The position numbers and the translations under genes are program-made. The notes under the pieces are model-generated. The model was not told the DNA's origin and did not search any database. It saw only the letters and a list, made by a program, of their open reading frames with translations. From Phreatobacter sp. (GTDB lineage: Bacteria > Pseudomonadota > Alphaproteobacteria > Rhizobiales > Phreatobacteraceae), in assembly GCA_965284145.1 (NCBI GenBank), contig CBDIRH010000003.1, positions 569,502 to 633,501 of the forward strand: DNA of 64,000 nt. The letters run 5' to 3'. This document shows, in pieces, positions 56,678 through 64,000 of this stretch; position 1 is the first letter of the stretch, and every line of letters begins with the position of its first letter.

Positions 56678-58857
56678 TCACCCCTTCGCCAGCGGCATCA
56701 GCGGTGCGTCGGCGGCGACATGCAATCCGGTCTCGTCCTTGACCAGATGCACCCGCCGGTCGTGGAAGTTCACCAGCGTCGAGCGATGGCCGATGGACAC
56801 GATCGTCGCGTTTGGCAGCAGTTCGCAGATCGCCTTGTAGAGATTGGCCTCGCCCGCCTCGTCGATGGCGGCGGTCGCCTCGTCGAGGAACAGCCAGTCC
56901 GGCTTCGAACAGCAGCGCACGCGCCAGCGGCCAGGCGCTGCTGCTCGCCGCCCGACAGGATGCTGGTGCCAGTGCGCGACTTCATCGTCGATGCGCGCCG
57001 GCGAGATGGCCGCAAGCTTCACCGCCTCCAGCGCCGAGACGATCTCGGCATCCGTGGCCTTGGACGCCTCGTTCGGCCGGATACTTCACGGCATCGCGCA
57101 GCGCTGCCGATCGGGATGTAGGGCTTCTGCGGCAGGAACAGCACGTCGCGCGCCCGCCGGCGACGCGCACCTGTGCCCTTGCCGAACGGCCAGATGCCGG
57201 CCAGCGCCCGGAACAGCGTGCTCTTGCCGGAGCCGCTGGCGCCGGTGATCAGCACGCGGTCGCCCGGATCGACGGTGAGGTCCGGCATCCGAGACCAGCA
57301 GCCTGGCCGTTGGGCAGGGCCAGGAGCGTCAGCAGCCTGAGTCGCTGCCGAGCGTCGCTGTGGCGATCGCTGCTTCCGGCGTGACCGTCGATGGCCGTGT
57401 CGGTCTGGCATCCGAAGCCCGCTCGCAGCCCCATCAGACGGTCCATCACCGCACGCAGTTCGGCGAGCGTAGGTGTAGTTGTCGATGAAGAACGATCAGC
57501 GCGCGCCTGGACCTGCCCGAAGGCACCGACGCCGTCTGCATCAGCGATCGCCGAGCGTGGAGCGCGCCCGAGAAAAAGCCGGGCGCCAGTCACGCATGTA
57601 GGGAAAGATGATGGCGATCTGGCCGTACGGAGACCTGGTAGAGCGCAAGCTGAGCCGCTGGGTGAACAGCACCTAGCCGAGCCAGTTGGCGACGACGTCG
57701 GCGAAGCGCTCGTTCGAGGACCTGCGGCCTCGCCGTTCCTCGCCGCGATGAGAAGGGCGATGCCTGCTCGGCATTCTCGCGCACGCGCACCAGGGAGAAG
57801 CGGAAGTCGGCCTCGTAGCGCTGCGCTCTGGAAGTTGATGCGCGATCAGCCTGCCGGCCGATGAGATGGGCGCAGAAGGTGCCGATGACGGCGTAGATCA
57901 GAGCGCAGCCCAGACCATGATAGCCGGGGATCGACTCGAGGTCGATACCCAGCATCGGCTGTCAGCTTGACAGCTGGCCCCGACAGGTTCCAGAGGATGA
58001 ACAGGAACGAGCATCAGAGTGGCGACTGGATCGCCGAGAAGAAGCGGAGCAGGAGCGCCATGCGTGTATCTCGGCGAACATGCCGGATGTCCTCGGCGAT
58101 GCGCTGGTCGGCGTTGTCGACCTGAGTCGCCGGCAAGACTCGATGCGGTAGTAGCCGCGGCCGTCCAGCCAGTGGCGCGAGATACTGTCCGCGTCAGCCA
58201 GCGGCGCCAGCGCATCTGCGTGTACTGGGTGAGGTAGAGCTCGTAGACGGCGAGGATCACCCAGAGGAAGGCGACGATGGTGAAATACTGGAGCTCCACC
58301 CAGAAGGTCGCCTCGGCACGCTGCTGCAGCGCCGTATAAAAGCGATTGTTCCACTGGTTGAGCAGAACGGTCGCCAGCACCTGCGCCACGTTGATGGCGA
58401 GCAGGATGTAGAGCAGGGCATGCGCGATGTAGCGCTCCTGCATGCGAATGGACCGGCCGAAGGGCAGATGAATGACACCCTCGTCACGGGTCTCGAAGAA
58501 GGGATCGGCGAGCTTCGTGATCTGGCGGATCGTGCCGACGAAGCTGAGCGCATAGACGGCGATGGCGAAGATGACGGAGAGCAGGATGCTGGCGCGGGTC
58601 GGCAGATAGGGACCGAGGGCCTCCGGCATGCGCCCCGCCTCGTTCAGCAGCAGGATGGCCAGAGCCGACAGGTGCCAGACGACGAGAAACCCGATGATCG
58701 CGCGGATGAGCGTCGATGTGGAGCGCGACAGCCAGGCCATCGCGGCGGCGACGAGCGTCAGGATGAAGACGTAGGGCGGAAGATCGATCCAGCCGGCGAG
58801 CCTTGCGACGGCCAGGGCGGTGCCGGCCAGTCCTGCTGCAATGGCAATGGGAAACAT
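56678..58857 (-). CDS. ABCD/YddA-family fused ABC transporter (multiple frameshifts)
   Basis: WNNRFYTALQ, RWRRWLT, DNADQRIAED, EADFRFSLVRVRENAE, GASGSGKS, LSGGEQQR and DEAT. Confidence 0.88.
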
Positions 58858-58957
58858 GTGGGAACCCCGGGGCTGGTCTTGAACGGGTCGATCGACGGCG
58901 GGCGGGCGACGCGCAACGCCTATGAATCATGCGGCCTGACGGAAGGGAAGAGATAAG

Positions 58958-59248
58958 TCAGGAGGGAACATCGGAGGCGATATCGGCGAGAGCCTCGCGG
59001 AGTTCCTCCTCGCTCACCAGCCGCATCGCCTTCATCACCTTCACGGCCTCGGTCGGCCGGCCGAGGCGCATGATGAGCACGACGGTCTCGGCATCGCCGC
59101 ATTCGGGATGGGAACAGGCGATCTCGCTGACCGTGACGCCGTCGTCATCGGTGAGCGAGAGGATATCGCGGACCAGCGCGGTCAGCCGGCGCGAGGCATC
59201 GGCCGTTTCCGGATCCGGTCCCCTGCGATTGAAGAAGAAGCGAGCCAT
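58958..59248 (-). CDS. Small hypothetical protein with VSEIAC-x4-C-x3-ETV motif
   Basis: 96-aa clean ORF co-oriented between the beta-barrel and ABC genes; VSEIACSHPECGDAETVVL. Confidence 0.75.
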   Translation of the reverse strand: MARFFFNRRGPDPETADASRRLTALVRDILSLTDDDGVTVSEIACSHPECGDAETVVLIMRLGRPTEAVKVMKAMRLVSEEELREALADIASDVPS

Positions 59249-59305
59249 GGAGGAGCCTTGTCAGCGCGACTTATGGCCGATCCAAGGCAGAGCGGAGGGC
59301 GCCCG

Positions 59306-60229
59306 TCAGAAGGCACCGCCAAGCTTCACGCGAACCTGGTGACGCTCGAAATTGACGAGGTCCAGCGAGCCGGTGACGCCACCCGCGGCGCGCCCCCAGA
59401 CCTGCGCGTTCCAGGCGAGCGAGACGAAGGTGTCCTTGAAGGGGCCGACGTCGCCGATCTTGTGGAACAGGGTCGGGCCGACGAGAACGGCGTGGCCGCC
59501 CCACTGGTTGAGGAACGCACCGGCATAGGCCGCGACGTAGCGGACATTGCCGCCGACGAAGGTCGAGGAGCCCTCGCCCACCCGCCAGGAGAGCGCGCTG
59601 CCGAGTTCGAGCCCGGAATCGTTGGCGTAGCCAAGGGCACCGCGCGGGCGTTCGGTGCCGGGGCCGACATTGAGATTGACCGACCCGTAGAGGCGGTCGC
59701 CGACGAGGACGGCATCCATCGCCACCTTGAAGGTCGCGGCGAAGCGCTCGGCAGAGATGCCGAGGCCTTCGGAGAAGCGGCCCCAGCGCAGTTCGAGGCC
59801 GACCGTCAGGCCCGGGTCGAGCGGAGCCGTGCCGCGCTCGCGGAGCTGGTAGCGCACCTGGCCGGCAAGGCCGTCAAAGGCGAAGCGGTTCTGGTTGGGA
59901 TAGCCGGGAACGGTGTTGTTGCGGATGTCGTGATAGGCGGCCCAGACGGCGAGCGACACCTGCAGGCGCTGGATCGGGGTCCAGCCGGCCTCCAGCTTGG
60001 TGTTGATGCCGGCATAGCTGCCGTCGAACTTGCCGAAGCGGGCAGTCGTCTCGGAGGTCAGGCCGCGGTCGCCGGGGCTGCCGACGCCGGTGCCGTCGAG
60101 GAAGCCGTAGGCATCGTCGGGACCTGCCGCCTCGCTTGCAGCGGCAGCCGCCGGACGACCCACGTCCGCCGCCATGGCCGAGGCCCCGGACAGAAGGACC
60201 ACGAAACCTGCCGCGACCATACGATTCAT
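59306..60229 (-). CDS. Uncharacterised outer-membrane beta-barrel protein
   Basis: Signal peptide ending AMA; alternating amphipathic strands; C-terminal beta-signal VRVKLGGAF. Confidence 0.8.
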   Translation of the reverse strand: MNRMVAAGFVVLLSGASAMAADVGRPAAAAASEAAGPDDAYGFLDGTGVGSPGDRGLTSETTARFGKFDGSYAGINTKLEAGWTPIQRLQVSLAVWAAYHDIRNNTVPGYPNQNRFAFDGLAGQVRYQLRERGTAPLDPGLTVGLELRWGRFSEGLGISAERFAATFKVAMDAVLVGDRLYGSVNLNVGPGTERPRGALGYANDSGLELGSALSWRVGEGSSTFVGGNVRYVAAYAGAFLNQWGGHAVLVGPTLFHKIGDVGPFKDTFVSLAWNAQVWGRAAGGVTGSLDLVNFERHQVRVKLGGAF

Positions 60230-60338
60230 GAAAAGCCCCTGATTTGCCCCGCCACCGAGTATGCGGCGCCTCCGGGTTTCGGCAAGGCATGGCCCGCAAC
60301 AAAACGCCAGTGATGATTTCGAGTATCACCCTATCTTG

Positions 60339-60355
60339 TTGCGAATGATTTGCAA
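60339..60355. promoter_or_regulatory. Mur/Fur-family operator overlapping a putative -35
   Basis: TTGCGAAT-G-ATTTGCAA, a near-perfect 8-1-8 inverted repeat. On the minus strand it reads TTGCAA-N16-TAGGGT, about 110 nt upstream of the beta-barrel ATG. Confidence 0.65.
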
Positions 60356-60384
60356 GAGCAAATGGAGACGCACGCGGCGGATGC

Positions 60385-61182
60385 TCAGGCGAGAGCAAAT
60401 CCGCTGACGGCGAGGGCGCGCGGGAAGTCATCGCCTGCGAGATAGGCGAGCTCGTGCTCACGCGGCTCATGGACGGGGTCGCTGCGCCTCAAGGCCTCGT
60501 CGACATGGCCAGGGTGGACCATGATCAGCGCGCCATCCGGCAGCCCGTCGAGAAAGCGCGGGAAGATCGCAGGGAATGACGGTGCGCGACGGAAGTCGTA
60601 GGCACCGGAGAAGGCCGGGTTCGTCGGGATGCGGTGCCGGGCGAGGGTCTTCCTGAGGCCGCGCGAGAGTGCGGCGATGATCCGGCCCTTCACGCCTTCG
60701 CCCGCACCCTTCGGGCCTCCGCATTGGCGAACCCACGCACCCGGCGCATGGCGCTCCGTTGCCGCAACGACGATGTCGCGGATGGCGGGCAGGAGGTGGG
60801 CGTGCTGGTGGCCGTCGACGAAAGCCGGCGGTCGCCCGAAGGCGGTGATGAAGGCCTGCATCTGCGCCTCGACCTCCGCCGCGATCGCCGGCCGGTCGAG
60901 GCGGCGCAGGTGGGCGCGGACGAGCAGCGGCGAGATGCCCTCGGCCATGGCGATGCGCGGCGCGGTCAGCGGCGTCAGGCCGCCGGTCAGGGTGACGTGC
61001 AGGCCGATCTGGAACCCTTCTGGCGCGACGGCGAGCAACCGCTCCGCCTCGGCAGCGAGATCGGGGCCCGGCGTCATGACGGAGGTGGCGTTGAGGCGCC
61101 CCGCCGCCGCGAGTTCGCGAATGGCCCGCGAGACTCCCGGCGCCAGGGCATAGTCGTCGGCGCAGAGGATCAGGCGCTTCAT
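60385..61182 (-). CDS. ChbG/YdjC/HpnK-family carbohydrate deacetylase
   Basis: LCADDY, GLHVTL, DGHQHAH and MVHPG. Confidence 0.9.
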   Translation of the reverse strand: MKRLILCADDYALAPGVSRAIRELAAAGRLNATSVMTPGPDLAAEAERLLAVAPEGFQIGLHVTLTGGLTPLTAPRIAMAEGISPLLVRAHLRRLDRPAIAAEVEAQMQAFITAFGRPPAFVDGHQHAHLLPAIRDIVVAATERHAPGAWVRQCGGPKGAGEGVKGRIIAALSRGLRKTLARHRIPTNPAFSGAYDFRRAPSFPAIFPRFLDGLPDGALIMVHPGHVDEALRRSDPVHEPREHELAYLAGDDFPRALAVSGFALA

Positions 61183-61210
61183 CAGCCGCAGGTTCCGATC
61201 AGGCGGAGGG

Positions 61211-62260
61211 TCAGTCGCCCTGGGCCAGGGGATTGGTCGCCTCGGTCAGCGCGGGCTGGTCCGCCGCGCGCTTCAGCACCTGATCGGCGACGAGATAGAC
61301 CGGCCGTCCCTTCAGCTCGGAGAGGATCTTGCCGATATACTCGCCGAGCACGCCGATCATCAGCAGCTGCACGCCGCCAATGAAGGTGACCGCGACGAAG
61401 ACGGATGGGTAGCCAGGCACGCCGCGGCCGAGGAAGATGGTTTCCCCAACGATGTAGAGGCCGTAGCAGAAGGCCGCCGCCGCGAGGACCGCCCCGAGCA
61501 GGCTGGCGACCCGCAGGGGGACGATGGAGAAGGAGGTCAGACCCTCGATGGAGAAGGCGAGCAGGCCCCAGAAGCTCCACTTGGCCTCGCCCTGCTGGCG
61601 CGGATCGGGCTCGTAGGGGATGCCGATCTGGCGGAAGCCGACCCAGCTCGACAGGCCCTTGAAGAAGCGGCCGCGCTCGGGCAGGCGGCGGAGCGCCGCG
61701 GCGGCACGGGGCGACAGCAGCCGGAAATCGCCGGCATCGGCCGGGATCTTGTGACGGACGCCGGCATTCACCACGCCGTAAAAGGCATTGACGAAGAGCG
61801 TACGCAGGCGCGGCTCGTCGCGGCGATGGGCCTTGTAGGTGAAGACCACGTCATAGCCGTCGTCGAGCCAGCGCGCGACAAGGGTCTCCGCGACGGAGGT
61901 CGGATGCTGGCCGTCGGCGTCCATGAAGATGACGGCGCCGTAGCGGGCGTTGTCGAGGCCGGCGAGAAGGGCCGCCTCCTTGCCGAAGTTGCGCGAGAAG
62001 CCGATGACCTGAACGTCCGCGCCATCGGCCCGCAAGCCCTGGGCGACGGCGAACGTGCCGTCGCGCGAGCCGTCGTCGACATAGAGGATTTCCACGGCGA
62101 GGCCGCGCTCGTCCCTCAGCTTGCGGGCGAAAGCCGTCAGCTTGGCATGGGTGTGGGGAAGGGCCTCGGCCTCGTTGTAGGCAGGCACCACGATGGTGAG
62201 GCCGAAGGGCGGGGTCTCGGACCCCGGAAAGGCAATGACGCGCCTGTCGCTGATACTCAT
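61211..62260 (-). CDS. GT2 polyprenyl-phosphate glycosyltransferase (GtrB/ArnC-like)
   Basis: VPAYNE, VDDGSRD, SRNFGKEAA, MDADGQH, GDFRLL, two C-terminal TMs and GEYIG...RP. Confidence 0.92.
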   Translation of the reverse strand: MSISDRRVIAFPGSETPPFGLTIVVPAYNEAEALPHTHAKLTAFARKLRDERGLAVEILYVDDGSRDGTFAVAQGLRADGADVQVIGFSRNFGKEAALLAGLDNARYGAVIFMDADGQHPTSVAETLVARWLDDGYDVVFTYKAHRRDEPRLRTLFVNAFYGVVNAGVRHKIPADAGDFRLLSPRAAAALRRLPERGRFFKGLSSWVGFRQIGIPYEPDPRQQGEAKWSFWGLLAFSIEGLTSFSIVPLRVASLLGAVLAAAAFCYGLYIVGETIFLGRGVPGYPSVFVAVTFIGGVQLLMIGVLGEYIGKILSELKGRPVYLVADQVLKRAADQPALTEATNPLAQGD

Positions 62261-62399
62261 GAGGTGCCGGCCCGGAGCCGCTCCCGAAACAGAGGGGCAT
62301 GATACCGCAGTTCACGTCGCCGTGAAGAGCGATCATGCATCATGGTCACCACGCGCCGGCTGTTTCATGACGCAAAAGCGTGTAGACGACGGCCCTAGG

Positions 62400-62864
62400 A
62401 TGAATGACGGACAACAGAGACCTGCCGGCGCCCTGCGCACGATACTGATCCGCGAGGGCCGCAAGATGCTGTCCTTCGGGTTGATCGGCGCCATCAACGG
62501 CGTGGTGAACTACGTCATCACCGTCGGCGTGACGCTGCTGGCACTGACGCCGATGGGCCTTGCCACCAACGATCTCGCCCTTGGGCTCGCAAAAGCGCTG
62601 GGCTGGGCCGTCGCGGTGTCGAACTCCTACCTGTTCAACACGCTCTTCACCTTTTCCCAGGAGAGCGGCGGCCGCCTGTCCTGGGCGACCTATCTGCGCT
62701 TCGTCGCATCGGGAACCGTTGGGCTCGCGGTCGAGGTGCTGAGCTTCCTGTTCGCCGTGCGCTACCTGCCGCTGGCGCTGGCCGCCATCGTGCCGATCGG
62801 CCTCGCCTTCGTCGCCAACTTCACCATGGCGCGAATCTTCGTCTTCTCGTCGGGCAGCCGATAG
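62400..62864 (+). CDS. GtrA-family flippase-like protein
   Basis: Four TMs; FGLIG, NSYLFNTLFTF, RF and NF...FVF. Start uncertain. Confidence 0.85.
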   Translation: MNDGQQRPAGALRTILIREGRKMLSFGLIGAINGVVNYVITVGVTLLALTPMGLATNDLALGLAKALGWAVAVSNSYLFNTLFTFSQESGGRLSWATYLRFVASGTVGLAVEVLSFLFAVRYLPLALAAIVPIGLAFVANFTMARIFVFSSGSR

Positions 62865-62953
62865 TCGCACCTTGCGGCGACGCTGCGGCGCTCTATCCTC
62901 GCGGCCATTCCCTCAATCGACATCCGGGCGAGCCGCCCGGCGAGGATTCCGCC

Positions 62954-63436
62954 ATGGCCATGGACACGCCTGAACGCCACTTCGCGCCCTTTGCCGACGA
63001 GGCGCGGATCATCGCCATCGTCGAGGCGTTCCGGGCCCGCACCCTGCCCTTCGCCGAGTGGTCATGCCAGGCGCATCTGGCGACGGGCCTCTGGCATGTG
63101 GCGACCCATGGCGAGGAGGCGGCAAAGTCCCAGTTGCGCGAGGGAATCAAGGCCTACAATCTCTCGGTCGGGCGGACCAACGACGACATGCGCGGCTACC
63201 ACGAGACCGTCACCATGTATTTCGTCTGGTCGGCCGCCCGCTTCCTCGAGCGCGCTGCGCCCGCGAGCCTGCTCGACCGGGTCAACGCCTATGTCGCGGG
63301 TCCGTTCGGCGCCAAGGAGGGCATCTTCCGCTTCTGGAGCCGCGAAACGCTGCTGTCGCCCGCCGCCCGGCTCGCCTGGTGCGAGCCCGACCTGCGGCCG
63401 CTGGATGCCGAAACGCTGCTCGCGCCGACGGCCTGA
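62954..63436 (+). CDS. Conserved hypothetical protein
   Basis: GAGG SD; AHL, GYHETVT and AR..WCEPDL motifs. Confidence 0.75.
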   Translation: MAMDTPERHFAPFADEARIIAIVEAFRARTLPFAEWSCQAHLATGLWHVATHGEEAAKSQLREGIKAYNLSVGRTNDDMRGYHETVTMYFVWSAARFLERAAPASLLDRVNAYVAGPFGAKEGIFRFWSRETLLSPAARLAWCEPDLRPLDAETLLAPTA

Positions 63437-63510
63437 TCCTTCGCCGGGCTTTTCAGACCGCCGCGGATCGGTTGTTCTCGCAATCGACCCATCCGCCAGC
63501 GAGACCTGCG

Positions 63511-63954
63511 ATGTCGCCGACACCTTCCCGCCCCGTGCCACGCCCGCGCAGCGACTTCCGCTGGTTCCTGCCGATCCAGACACGCTGGGCGGACAACGAC
63601 CAGTACGGCCACCTCAACAACGTCGTCTACTATTCCTACTTCGACACGGCGGTGAATGTGTTCCTGATCGAGGAGGCAGGCATGCAGCCCCTCGTCAGCC
63701 CCTGGATGGGGCTGGTGGTCGATACGCGCTGCTCCTATTTCGCGCCGGCGGGCTATCCCGACGCACTGGAGGCCGGCATCACCTTCGGCGAACGCGGCCG
63801 GTCGAGCCTGCGCTACGAGATCGGCATCTTTCTCAAGGGCGAAGAAACGACCGTGGCGCACGGTCATTTCATCCACGTCTATGTGGATGCTGCGACCCGT
63901 CGGCCGATTCCGCTCCCCGAAAGTCTGGCAGCAGCCGTCGCCCTGTTTGGCTGA
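63511..63954 (+). CDS. Acyl-CoA thioesterase (4HBT/YbgC hotdog family)
   Basis: TRWADNDQYGHLNNVVYYSYFD, GRSSLRY and HVYVD. Confidence 0.9.
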   Translation: MSPTPSRPVPRPRSDFRWFLPIQTRWADNDQYGHLNNVVYYSYFDTAVNVFLIEEAGMQPLVSPWMGLVVDTRCSYFAPAGYPDALEAGITFGERGRSSLRYEIGIFLKGEETTVAHGHFIHVYVDAATRRPIPLPESLAAAVALFG

Positions 63955-64000
63955 CCTTGCGACAGCCTGCCTTATTTGCGCTATGGATCAGCAATAGCTT

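Overview
High-GC chromosomal backbone of an alphaproteobacterium (Hyphomicrobiales/Rhizobiales-like, judged from the permuted two-piece tmRNA, gene content and gene order). It holds about 50 genes, mostly housekeeping, envelope and respiratory: ssrA, an AsmA-family gene, cysQ, fbpAB, tadA, rluB, rsmD, mscL, a CrbS-type kinase, mutL, ribF, ubiA, rsmE, xseA, purD, cheY-cheZ, the aa3 cytochrome c oxidase cluster, tldD, a Kef-type antiporter and a MATE pump. I saw no integrase, transposase, prophage or CRISPR array. Several blocks (about 6.4-7.0, 8.9-9.4, 31.3-33.1, 41.5-46.3, 48.2-49.5 and 56.9-58.2 kb) carry dense small indels that break conserved or essential genes; these are almost certainly consensus errors, so coordinates there are approximate. 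Most promising signals: (1) a Mur/Fur-type operator over the promoter of an uncharacterised outer-membrane beta-barrel, followed by a small C-x4-C protein and an ABCD-type transporter, a candidate new metal-uptake module; (2) a LuxO-like sigma-54 activator with Cys at the phospho-Asp position, next to a Spy/ZraP-like chaperone with prion-like GWGGHG(R/G)G octarepeats; (3) an RluB of about 980 aa with a histone-H1-like head and three tiers of charged or FG-rich repeats; (4) an fbpA promoter with FNR/FixK, IRO and tandem ICE motifs; (5) a fluoroacetate dehalogenase homologue with all key residues. All homology calls are from motif recognition and recall, not database searches.
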